In this document: positions 50,664 through 62,720 of the stretch, piece after piece | Position numbering within the stretch: position 1 is the stretch's first letter | How the letters are laid out: every line of letters begins with the position of its first letter | Notes under the pieces: generated by a model | The model's input: the letters and a program-made list of their open reading frames with translations, nothing else | Told to the model about the DNA's origin: nothing | The model's database searches: none | Source of the DNA: Octopus vulgaris | Taxonomy: Eukaryota | Length of the DNA: 64,000 nucleotides | Direction of reading: 5' to 3' | Assembly (NCBI GenBank): GCA_951406725.2 | Contig: OX597818.1 | Coordinates: forward strand, 3,968,001 to 4,032,000 | Translations under genes and position numbers: made by a program

Positions 50664-51608
50664 TACACTCTTGCATTTCATTGCACTATCTTGCAGATTA
50701 TAGGACATGCAATCTGAAGAAATAAATAATAAAAGTTAGGATCCCAACTGTAAACACATGCAGACCTGAAACTTTAGTTGTTTTGAGGCTTCTTTACTAT
50801 ATGTATAAACACCACTAAAAATGCTCAACAAGCATTTGGACAGAAACAGTCAGCATATATTAGAATGAAAAATGTAGGCTAGAATATTTTAAAGTATTGA
50901 ACCAAGTACAGAAGAAAAAATCTTAAAATATTGTTGCTGGAGTTAGAATTTCCTAAAAATATTTCTGAAATTGCTCAGATAGTGTGTGCAATTTCTGTTT
51001 CTTTTATTTGTACTTTTCTTTTTAAAATAACAGATTCAATTTGGTTGAGGACTAAATTAGTGACAAAGCCTAGATTTGCTGACATGTGACTAAAAAGTGA
51101 TCTTAATATTTTTTTAAAACGAACTTTAAAGCATGAGCAAGTTGGTATTTTAGAAATAATAAAGGAAATTTTGAACACAGACTGTGAAAACAAGTAAATA
51201 CATAACCATGTATGTCTTAAATTTTGGCTAATTAGTAAGTACCATTAAGCTAAATGACAACATATATTGCCAACTTTTATAACACTAAATATCTTAAAAT
51301 CATCATCATCAAACGACAAAAATATTTTGATTTGTTAAATTGATCACCTTTTTTCCTCACTTAAAGCCACACCATATTTTTTGACAAGGTGCTCATAAGA
51401 TTCATCACAGCTGTTTCATTTGTCAAGTTTTCTTTTACATTTAGCAGAGAAATTTTGCATCAAAATCAATTTCGGAGGTTACCTTTTTTTTTGTCACAAA
51501 GCCATATTAGCTTTTTTGTAAAAATTTTTAAACAAAGTTTTCACCAAAAGATTTTTTAAATGAGCACGTTGTTATAAACTAATTAATCTGCACTTTTCTT
51601 GATAAATA

Positions 51609-52774
51609 ACATCATCATTATCATCGTTTAATGTCCGTTTTCTGTGCTAGCACGGGTTGGACGGTTTGACCAGGTTCTGGGAAGCCAGGAGGCTGCACCA
51701 GACTCCAGTCTGATCTGGCAGTATTTCAACAGCTGGATGCCCTTCCTAATACCAACCACTCCGCGAGTGTTGTGGGTGCCTTTTACCAGGAGAGGCTGGT
51801 AGCGGCCACGATCAGTTCGTGCTTTTTACGTGCCACTGGCACAGAAGCCAATCAAGGTGGCGCTGGCGTCGGCCACGTTCGAATGGTGCTTTTTACATGC
51901 CACCGGCACAGGTATCACAACTACAATTTCCATTTAATATTTATTTTGATGTTGATGTACTTGACTCAATAGGTCTCCTGAAGCACAGCAGGTCATTCTG
52001 CAATCCAAGGTACTTTGGATGGGCTGGGGCTATGCGAAACTGGTGCAGGGAGCAGCCATGAACTCATTATTTGTTGGGTCTTTGCAGTCACAGCATATCC
52101 CCAGAGATCTCAGTCTTTCGTCATTGCCTCTGTGAGGCCCAATGTTCGAAGGTCATGCTTGACTACCTCATCCCATGTCTTCCTGGGTCTACCTCTCCCC
52201 CTGGTACCTTCAACTGTTTGGGAGTGGCACTTCTTCACACATCTCTCTTCATCCATCCGCAGCACATGACCATACCATCGCAAGCGTCGCTCTTGCACAC
52301 CACATCTGATGCTTCTTATATCCAGCATTTCTCTCAGGATGCTTACACTCTGTCTTGCGTGCACACTGACACTACACATCCAGCGGATCATGCTAGCTTC
52401 ATTTCTTTCAAGTCTACGCATGTCTTCTGCAGTCACAGCCCATGTTTCATTACCGTGAAGCAGTTCGCACACATGCGTCATACAATCTACCTTTCACTCT
52501 GAACGAGAGACCCTTTGTCGCCAGTCCGGAGCAGGAGCTTTCTAAACTTTGCTCAGGCTATTCGTATTCTAGTGGTGACACTCTCTGAGCATCCACCTCC
52601 ACTACTAACTTAGTCACCTAGGTAGCGGAAACTATCAACTACTTCTAGTTTCTCCCCCTCGAGTGTGATGGAATCTGTTTTCTGAGTATCTGTGGTGTGT
52701 ATTGTCCCTGTGCATCTGCCGCACATGAAAGCTATCTTATCAGTTAATTTCCCTTTGATGTTGCTGCACCTCTT
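51609..52774 (-). mobile_element. 5'-truncated RTE LINE
   Basis: Homologous to 34400-35630, with a (CAT)n end. Confidence 0.9.
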
Positions 52775-52977
52775 TGTTAAATAACATACAGTGATTAAAA
52801 TTCAGTTTTTGGCCTTACTCTCCCATTTTTGACTAAAAGTCGACCTTTTTCAATAGAAATGAATCCATGTTAATATCATACAATTTTGAACAAAAAGGGT
52901 GAAAAAAAAACAACAAAAAAACCAATCCAGTATAGATAAATCAAGTCAATGAGATGAATAGAAAAAGTAGGCAAAAT

Positions 52978-52983
52978 TTTATT
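52978..52983 (-). promoter_or_regulatory. Candidate SNRNP70 polyadenylation signal
   Basis: AATAAA on the minus strand about 0.93 kb after the stop codon, followed by U/GU-rich sequence near 52900-52925. Confidence 0.5.
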
Positions 52984-53364
52984 TTTCGACAAAGCCTTTT
53001 CACATTTTATCAACCCCATTAATGGTTATGGAAATGGAGAGGGTGGGGTATAAAATAAAGAAATATTTTCTTTTAAACATTTTATCATATTAAGAAGTCT
53101 ATGCCACAACAACAGAAGTTCAATTTGCACCCACACCTGTTTCCTCACTTCAGGTGAATGCATTGCAGCATTTTCAGTGCACCAACATGGCTGGGAATTG
53201 CAATGTCTTATATTTTCTTTTTAAATAAGAAATTTAAAAATCTGAGTGTTTGTTTAATATAAGTAAACTTTGTTAAGAGTGACAATTAAAATCTAAAAAA
53301 AAAAGTGACAATTAAAATCTTAAAAATAAAGACAGATGTATAGAGTAAACCTATATATACTCAC

Positions 53365-53417
<53 letters not shown>

Positions 53418-53915
53418 ATAAAATGGCAACTATACATGCAGCTTTTAAAATACCTACTCTTTAGCTTTGTAACAGTTAAAGCTTAATATATTTCTTTGTT
53501 TCTAATAAAAAAGCTGTACAAATCAACTTTCTACTATATATAAAAGATTAACATCCAGCTTCATGACAGAAATACTTTTCTAGATGTATAAGATTATCTA
53601 ATCATCTTACTCAGAAACAATAGCATTAAAATGTAATTTACATGAAAGACAAACTGTAACAATAATATTTACCACTCAGATATAAAGATATTGTCAAACA
53701 ATATCATGTTATTTATATTAGAAACCTTCTAATGTTAAGGCATGAAGGAATGATTAGGCAAATGATACAGGAAAAATATAAAGGGACATTTAAAATTCAG
53801 AGAATGAAGGTATCAGATGAATAGCCCAGTCTGAAATGTTCAGCTGAAGCAAGTTATACAAATATACGGAATCAACATTACAACTCATTTCAATTAAGGT
53901 AAATTAATAATACAG

Positions 53916-54343
53916 CTAGTCTTCATTGTAATCTTCATACCTATCCTCCAAAGGATGATCTGGAGGTAAAGACTGAGTATTAGATGGTGATGGTCCTTGG
54001 CCGCCATTTGACATATAGTGAGCATTTTGTTCACTTGGTACTCCAGCCATACCCATTTGCGAGTAATTTGGGTGAATATCATATCCAGGATCAATAGGTT
54101 CTTGCTTGATTTCTCTATGTATCATTGCTTCATCATCATATGCAGGAACTGGTGGTGGTGGTACTGATTCAGCATTAGGTTCAAGCTTTTCTCCAGCTCT
54201 TCCTCTTTCTCTGGACCTGCGACGCTCTCGACTGCGGCTTCTCCGACTACCTCTACTCTTGCGCTCCCTGGATCTGCTCCGCCGCCGGTCTCGTGACCGA
54301 CTACGTCTTCGTTTACGTTCTTTTATGCGAATATCTTCTTCTC
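53916..54343 (-). CDS. SNRNP70: U1 snRNP 70 kDa protein, last coding exon (RS domain and C-terminus)
   Basis: Acceptor ...actctag, phase-consistent with the previous exon. Reads GEEDIRIKERKRRRSRSRDRRRSRSRE...YEDYNED, then TAG. Confidence 0.9.
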
Positions 54344-54975
54344 CTAGAGTAAACATTAAAAGAAAAAAAGTTCAAGCAACATTTTTTGCATATATAAAAA
54401 AAAGCAGCAATATGAATTTGTCATTGGTTTTGACAAATTTTCCAGTTTAATCAACTGGACCACCTTCTGATTCAATTACTAAGTCATCATCATTTAACGT
54501 CCATTTTTCATGCAGTTTGACAGGAGCTGGTCAGCTGAAGAACTGCCTGGGATCCATGTCTGTTTTGGCATGGTTTCCATGGCTGGATGCTCTTCCTAAT
54601 GCCAACCACTTTACAGAAGGTACTGGGTGATTTTAAGCAGTATCAGCATACATACTTTTTATGTATTTACAGCACCCACAAGCCCTCAAGATTAGGATCA
54701 CTCAGCTGAAGAGGGATGCAGGGAACATGCCTGCATGCAAAAACAACCACTTAGCTTGACATCTTTTCAAGTACAGCAAGCCACCAGAAATCTAGGTCCT
54801 TTGTCATCTCATCTGAGCAATATTTAATACAGAATAGACACTTTTACCCTTAATGTAATTCTCAGGCAGAATCAGCACGAGGGTGGATTTTTTAATAACA
54901 TGTACAGTCTATCTGACAGGCTTCCAACATATCATTGACCTAATTTTATGCACATACATACATATAAGCACATAC

Positions 54976-55205
54976 CTTCAGATACTTTTTCTTCTCTATC
55001 TCTACTCCTTCTACGATCACGGCTGCGGCTTCGAAGACGGCCTCCTCTTTCTCTACTCCTACTCCTCCTCCTCTCTCTACTTCTGCTCCTACGTCTACCA
55101 GCCCCACCACCACTGCCACCAATACCAGCACCACCACCAGCACCTCCAGCACGATCTCTTTCTCGGCTGCGAGATCTTTCTCGACCAGTGCGTTCATCTC
55201 GGTAA
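54976..55205 (-). CDS. SNRNP70: U1-70K exon (RS/RE repeats with a Gly-rich stretch), 230 nt
   Basis: catag acceptor and GTATGT donor. Reads YRDERTGRERSRSRERDRAGGAGGG...RRRSRSRE, and the phase fits. Confidence 0.9.
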
Positions 55206-55492
55206 CTATGAACATGAAAGAGAAAAGAAATAAATTTTCAGACTTATGCAAAAAATAAATAAATAAATCTCATCAAAACCCAAAGTTCTGTAAAGTAGAA
55301 TAATTTGACCATAAAATTGTATGAAAATGTATTATATACACCAGTTCAAATAGATGTAATTTTAAGTGATAAAAAGTTACATTACATGGTAATTATACAG
55401 CTAACAAAATTTAGGACATAACTTTGTAACTATGTCACCAGAAAATTCAACAGGAGTGACAAAGAAAAAAATTATGAACAAATACAACTCAC

Positions 55493-55580
55493 CCATCTCG
55501 ACCAGGATTAAACTCATCTCTACCAGAAAACCTTGTATTTTCTTCTGGCCCACCTTTTCTGGTACCACCTAGGCCACCAC
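55493..55580 (-). CDS. SNRNP70: U1-70K exon, 88 nt
   Basis: GGLGGTRKGGPEENTRFSGRDE with tgtag/GTGAGT boundaries. Confidence 0.95.
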
Positions 55581-55670
55581 CTACAGCATATTGAAAATGA
55601 AAAGGGAAAATTAATTTCATGAACCGATATAAAACAGCGTGATCTGCTCTCTAAATAAAATTATACGAAC

Positions 55671-55772
55671 CTAGTCGACGTGGCCGCCATCCTTTAACTG
55701 TACGTCCCCTTTCAACATCAACAAGTACTCTGCGCCCATCAATCTTTCTACCATCAGCATGTTTGTAAGCAG
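55671..55772 (-). CDS. SNRNP70: U1-70K exon (end of RRM), 102 nt
   Basis: [33 protein letters not shown], the highly conserved U1-70K signature. Confidence 0.97.
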   Translation of the reverse strand: MLTNMLMVERLMGAEYLLMLKGDVQLKDGGHVD

Positions 55773-57622
55773 CTGGTGAAATGAATAAATTAATAGCACT
55801 ATTATTGAAAACAACAAAGTCCTAGCACTTAAATAGCTAGGTGTGTAGGGATTCATGCAAAATGAAATGGAGGTATGTATTTTTACAGCTTCTGTGATAG
55901 TCTGCATCCAATAATGGTCACAGTAAATAGCCAAACCAGATCAATGCAATACAATAGAATACAAGAAGTAGTAAATCTGGTAGAACTGTTGGTTACTAAA
56001 ATTTTCACAAATGTAGCTTCATGAAATATTAACAGAACTTTTAAGGAAACCAAAGCAAAACTATTAATAGTAGATATATAAGTTCAAGAGTTAACATGTA
56101 TAGATCAGAGAGAAAAACTGAAAACCTCTGATATATTTAATCCAAAAAGTTAAAACCTAACACTGCCATAAAGATAAAAAAAAAAACAAACTACATCTTA
56201 GAAGCTGTAAAATTTAGGTATTCTAAGAAAATATACTTACCAATGCACACAATTTCTAACACAAAACATAAAATCTCATATAATGAAAAGTATAATTGCT
56301 TCCTGAGGTAGAGGAGAAATAACTAAATACTAGTACTCAAAGAAATGACAGAGCTAAGATTTAAAACGAAACTAGAAGATTTCTCAAATAACCAAGCATA
56401 AAAACCAAATGATTACCCTTCATAACATTAAACTCAAACAATGAAGCTTAATCCATCAAATTTATTAAAACAGTCAAAACTACAAAAAAACCTAATCAAC
56501 TGTTAGGACGACTGATGAAAACATCAAATATTGTTTCAGAGTAAAGAAATAAAGATAAATATATGAAAACTATCAGTGATAAAACAAATAATGCCCAACT
56601 TAAGAACGCTTTAAAATCTCAAAGAAAGAATGCATACAGCTTCAGAAGCCCCAATTACTTACCTTCTGTATGCACATTTTACTTTTAACTTAATGAATCA
56701 ATAAACTACATGCACTGATTTACATGAAGAAAACAGTAATTATAAAAAGTTTTTCACTTACGGCACTAAAAAATGTGATAGAAGAGGGTCCCTTCCCTAA
56801 ATGGATTTTGAGAGATTGGCAATGGTGACTCATCATGCATAAATGGCCATTTCTGCAGTCTATTTCCATTTTCCATAGTTTGAGAACTTACCTGACTTAC
56901 CTGGAAGCTACCATAAAAATGAACATCTACATATATTCACAACACACAAACCTAGTTTTGGTATAACCACCTATATAATTTGGCTCCAACTAGCTTATTA
57001 ATCAAACCCAAAAAATACTTTATAAAAGAAACAATTACTTTATCAAAATGAATGATTTGAAACAGCCAAATCTCCACAATCACACAGACCTTGAAGAACA
57101 TGTTTCAGATGTTACCCTTTTTATGGTGCTTCAGATTAATCAGTACAGTTTTTTTTTTTTAGCTAGCTACAAAATATCATGAAATTAGCTTTTTAAAAGC
57201 ATCTAAGATTTCAGTTACTATGTATTTTCTACATTATGTACTTGCTTTCAGATTCTGTAAAGTCTAATAAAAAGTTTCAGTTGAAGTCTTTAATCTTGAG
57301 TGGATTGTCTTACAACAATCACCCCAAAAAAAAAAAAAAAAAAAATGAAGGAAAAAAAAATCAAAACAAAAGTTTTAATCTCTAAATTATCCTAGTGTTA
57401 GAAATTACAGAAATTTGAAATCCTTTTGATTACAGAATATGCAAAGCATAATAACAAGCTCTACAAAATCTCAAGTAGAAAATCTATATAAGGCGTGAAG
57501 TACAATTACTTTAACTCATTAAATTATCAAAATTCTATGTATTCAGATATAAAACCTATTTCTAAGCAATTTTTTTTGTCTTAACACTTTTTTTTAATGT
57601 ATTTTTTAACCCAAGAGCTTAC

Positions 57623-57722
57623 CCAATATACAAACCTATTAACTGGACACCATATTTTTGATCAAGCAACTTTGGATTTGTTAGGGCAACATAGTGCGCA
57701 TGGGCCCACAACGTTCACCACT
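57623..57722 (-). other. SNRNP70: Candidate poison (NMD) exon of SNRNP70
   Basis: Branch point GCTAAC (57754-49), pyrimidine tract, CCTACAG acceptor and TGG/GTAAGC donor. The junction with the upstream coding exon forms T|AG. Confidence 0.65.
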
Positions 57723-59424
57723 CTGTAGGAAAAATAATAGAGAAACAGGTTAGCAGGCGGGAAACAAATCGCTCTGCACCAAACCATGTTACTCGGACTC
57801 TAATCTTATTGGAAGCTAGAAGTATCAGTCAATTCAGGTACAAAATAAAAACTTACCTGAACCAAACTGACATTGTGAAAGTCTCAGTGCTCACGAAGCT
57901 CAATTTTTGAAAGCTAACAGCAATAGCTTAAAGGCATATGACTTAATATCCCAAAAGAATATTTGACACTGGATTGATTATAGCAATGTAGAAAACAGTC
58001 TACCTAAAAATATATTGAAAGGTTTCTTTCAAAAGAATTCCAATAATCTAAAAGGAAAAAAAATCTAACAATTTGAAACCCATCAGAATTAACAAAGTTA
58101 TGTAACTTAAATTTAATTAAGAGAAAAGAAAGACTAATTGGGTTAAAAGACACTTTTTCTATTAGAAATTTCATAGGCAACAAAATAGACCAAAATGTAT
58201 CACTGACTCCCATGGCTTTGTACTAAGTGAATTTTGAGCAACTCCAAAGTAATCTTTGCAACAACTACAATAAGCTCTCTTCACCAAATCAAAAATGGCA
58301 AATTCTTTAGATTAACTGAATCTAAATAGAATGCATGAACTGTTTGGGAGCTAATTAATTTCCCATTGTATAACTTCATCTACAACCAATTTATATTTAA
58401 CATTTAAGCCACATATGCCAATAGTTTTGGATTATTGTTTTAATGCATATAGGTATATAATTTGTTCTACCCCATACTAATCCACTCTCCATATCTTAAA
58501 AATGCACATCCAATTCATTTCAGACTTGTTCAAAGCATTTGAAATGCAAGCAATAACAATGTAGTAGAGAGATACCTGAAAAGGATCAAATTCATTGCAC
58601 AATCAATGTTAAGTTCTCTACAAAACTGCAAGCATTCCAGTGTCAAAGTTTAGAATGAGAAGAGGCAGTTTTTTTCCTGATAATACAAGCAAAAATAATG
58701 GGAGAAAAGTCATTTCCAAAATTAATAAATAGTGCTTGTTAACCTGGACATTTCACAGAAATGATTTAACTGTAGAAAGCTACAACCTAACACAGTACCA
58801 GATAAAGGAGTGAAATGTTGAAATATTTTGCATGTGAAAAAATACAAATATTTCAAAAAATAAATTACCTGCGAACTCAGATTCACCATATATGCATTTA
58901 AACACTTGAGTCACTGTGGAAAGATTTGGATCTTACCTCACAAATGTCCTGTCACCTTGCAGGAAAATTTGCACCTTACCTCACAAATCACCTGTCACTT
59001 TTTTGTTTTTGTTTTTGTTTTGCTAATGAGTGGATTCAATTTACCTTCAATACATTACAAAATACTTCACTTGTATGTCTTTTTTTTTCACTAGAAAGTG
59101 AAGTCTACGAACCTTACAGAACAAAAAAGGTTTAGCACCAGAAATGACAAGTAGTTGGAAGAAAACGACAGTACTAACATTTAAAATAAATATAAACTGA
59201 ATTTGGGGTAACAAAATATGAGGAGGAACATATACTTGCCAGAAATAACACCAACAATTTATGTAATTTCCCTTTAAAATTGCATTCAATTAACCCTTTG
59301 TGTACTTAAAAATGCATAAGTTTATTGAATAAAGAGAATAAACAGATCCAGCCTAACAAGTAAAGCAAAAAAGCTAAATGCTACACCTAAAAGACAAAGT
59401 GAAGAGAAGGCAATGACTACTTAC

Positions 59425-59506
59425 AGTGCATGTCCCTCTCATGTTCATATTCAATGAAAGCATATCCACGCATTTTAACACTTTTAACATCATTGACCAT
59501 GCGGAT
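59425..59506 (-). CDS. SNRNP70: U1-70K exon (RRM RNP1), 82 nt; upstream exons lie outside the window or were not found
   Basis: IRMVNDVKSVKMRGYAFIEYEHERDMH with atag/GTAAGT boundaries. Confidence 0.97.
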
Positions 59507-59974
59507 CTATAAAAAACATCAATCAAAAATACATTTTAAATTTGAAGCAGATTAAATAGAAACAATCACACAAAACCAATGTGAATTTAATTTCACCGCT
59601 ATTTAGCAAGTATATGTTAACATGTCAAATCTTAACCTTCACCCGGGCAGCTCCTGTCAAACCATCCAACCCATGCCAGCATGGAAAATGTTAAACGATG
59701 ATTTATATAATTAAAGATATACATACATATATAAATATTTAAGTCACACTATATGGATTCAAGTAATCTGGTAGTACTCACAAAAAAAAAAAGATCCTTA
59801 ATCTATCATTCTACAAAACATAGAATATATAGTGCAGTACAACAGAAAACAATAAGAAATGTATGAAGTTACGACACAGAAATAGTATGATGAACATCTA
59901 TTTAACTATAAGAAAATTGAAATATGATGACAAATTGTCTCATAACTTTAGGCATGTAAAGATAATTCATATTA

Positions 59975-60325
59975 TTATAATTAATTCTTTTATTTGTTTC
60001 AGTCATTTGATTGCAGCCATGTTGGAGAACTGCCTGAAAAGGTTTTAGTTGAATAAATCAACACCAGGACCTATTTTTTTAAAGCCTTAGTACCTATCCT
60101 ATTGGTCTATTTTGCCGAACTGATACATAAACATACCAACAACTGTTCTCAAGTGGTGATGGAGAGAAAAACACAGACACACAAACGGGTTTCTTTCAGT
60201 TTCCTTTCGCCAAATCCATTCACAAGGCTTTGGTCAGCCTGCAGCTATCGTAGAAGACACTCACTCAAGGTGCCATGATGTGTTTGGGAAACAAGCTTCT
60301 TCTCACACACCCATGCCTGTGCCTA
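59975..60325 (-). mobile_element. Degenerate tRNA-derived SINE (family of 16238)
   Basis: Minus-strand head GGCACAGGCATGGGTGTGTGAGAAG and body GACCAAAGCCTTGTGAATGGATTTGG...GAAACTGAAAGAAA. Confidence 0.7.
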
Positions 60326-61229
60326 TGATAAATAAATTACATGTCTGCATCAATGCAAAATATCTTTTGAAAAACAACAAGAATGTAGCTTAATTTCGGT
60401 ATTGTTTTGAACAACTTTTTTGTATTTTGCATCAATGTAGACATCTATAAGAAGGTACCCAAAAACCCCCAGAATTTTGAAATATTTACTTAGTTTTACA
60501 TGTTTGCACTCTATTGCCTTCAAAACATTCTTCATTTGAAGCAATGCATCAGTCCAAATGAGTTTTTCCACTGTTCAAAGCAGTCCTGGAACTCTTGCCT
60601 TTTAAGCCTTTGTTGTATTTTTCTTCACCAGTGATGACCTTTAAAAAAACGTCCGAATTGACAGTCACACCAAACAAGGTTGGTCGACAAGTGACTATTC
60701 CTAAAGCATGAAAACCACTTGTAAACTTGTTTTGCTCATGGCAGCATCCTTGTAAGCTGTTTGAAGCTTGACAACTGTTTCGGATGCTATTTGCTCCAAC
60801 AGAAAATAGGATTTCACAGAAGCACACTGTTCCTTTCTTTCAGCCATTGCAAAAATCAACAATCAGGGAAGAAACACTGCAAACCAAAGACGTACTATAT
60901 GACAGTATGACCCCACTTGGCAGACTGATGCCTAAGGGCTCCATCAAGTGACACCCTAGTAGCGGAAGCTTGAACTACAATGGGCCTGTTCCACAGAACG
61001 TTTCTGGTTATTTTTGGATACCTCTTCATATATACACATACACACATACCATATTTATTAAATGTTTTGAACTGATGGGTATATGTTAATTAGTGTGTTG
61101 AAGTGCTGAGTAAGAGCACTGGCACAGTTTGGGCTACATGGTGTCATCCGCAGTGTTAGTTGAGCCAATGAGAATTGATTGAGAACAAGATAAAGATTAA
61201 TTCCAAATCCATCTTCTGGTTACTTATCA

Positions 61230-61279
<50 letters not shown>

Positions 61280-61952
61280 ACGCCACAAAAATCTACAACC
61301 AATCAAAACTTGTTCCTATGTACAGGGAGGGAACCAACTAACTAACCAAAACACTAATGCCAAAATGAAATCTATTTTTTGACTAAAAACATCCACTAGA
61401 AAGAATAAGATGTCATCAAAATTATAACCAATCAAAAATTAAATCTTTTCACGCAAAAACTTATATACACAACATATTTGTTCTCCCAAAACACCATTAA
61501 TAGCAAAGAGCCCAGTATGCAATGAAAAAGAACTACAGGCATGACAACATAAACTGTGAAAAAAGACTATTTTCACTCTTTCCCGTTTCTTCTCACTCTG
61601 GTTCAACTATTCTATAAAACCTCAACTGAACTTTCAGTAATGTACATTTGTGATATTCTTTGCCAAATATCTACTGATATTATCTACCTCTGTGAAACTC
61701 ATCAAACTTTATGTGAACATTTGATCATTTAAACATGTTTGTTCAATTTCTACCTTATAATTTAAACTGTTAAAATCCCCATCTTATATATATTTTGTAC
61801 CATTAATAGACAAAAAGTTGTTGAAAGTAGTCTGGGATGTTTGTTAAATATATTTAAAAACAACTCCATGGATTTCAAATTCAGGTGCATTTTCAAACAA
61901 CAAAAACAAATTCTATATTTTTTCCAGCACACACACACAAATATATAATACA

Positions 61953-62552
61953 CATACCCGGCAGGACAAGTGAGTCCATCCCGTGTCCTTTGCCAGGGAT
62001 GTAGCCAGCCCACTTATGCATGCCTTTCCTTCCTTGGACACACGAAGATCTGTTGAGGCAAGTGAAGTCGAAAGTGAACCAATCCTATGACTGGCACCCG
62101 GCAGTTGCCAGTGCCGCTGGACTGACTTCTGTGAAGGTGGCAAGTAAAGAAACACCGTTTCGACCCTGTGCTTGAGGAGACCTATTGAGTCAAGTACATC
62201 AACATCAAAAATTGATGGAAATTGTAGCTGTGATCCCTGTGCCAGTGGCACGTAAAAAGCACTATCCGAACGTGGTCAATGCCAGCGCCGCCTTGACTGG
62301 CTTCTGTGCTGGTGGCACGTAAAAAGCACCAATCCGATCGTGGCTGTTGCCAGCCTCGTCTGGCACCTGTGCCGGTGGCACGTAAAAAGCACCCACTACA
62401 CTCACTGAGTGGTTGGCGTTAGGAAGGGTATCCAGCTGTAGAAACACTGCCAGATCAGACTGGAGTCTGGTGCAGCCTTCTGGCTTCCCAGAACCCGGAT
62501 GAACTGTCCAACCCATGCTAGCAAGGAAAACGAATGTTAAACGATGATGATG
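61953..62552 (+). mobile_element. RTE LINE 3' end
   Basis: Homologous to 35180-35630, with a (GAT)n tail. Confidence 0.9.
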
Positions 62553-62720
62553 ACATTAGGTCATCCCATAAATAATGCATATATTTTCAATTGCATGAAA
62601 AAGTTGGAGAAGGACGAGACGAAATACCTGCATCAACTTGCTATAAAAGCAGGTAGAAATTTTACCATGTACTTATTCTTAGTGCAGTTTGATTTTAACA
62701 GTTATTTTTTCAAAGCTATA

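Noticed and set aside
53100-53210. TTGCA motifs in the SNRNP70 3' UTR resembling U1A-binding AUUGCAC
   Set aside because: No exact AUUGCAC on the mRNA strand and no PIE-like structure visible.
54946-55251. Alternative ORFs overlapping the RS exon (101 aa minus, 116 aa and 85 aa plus)
   Set aside because: They are off-frame or antisense readings of the SNRNP70 RS/Gly repeat exon.
56886-56904. ACTTACCTGG resembling the start of a U1 snRNA gene
   Set aside because: No following U1 body (stem-loops, Sm site). It is better explained as 5' splice-site motifs on the SNRNP70 strand.
60330-60860. Possible decayed Tc1/mariner coding remnant
   Set aside because: No diagnostic motif could be read with confidence.
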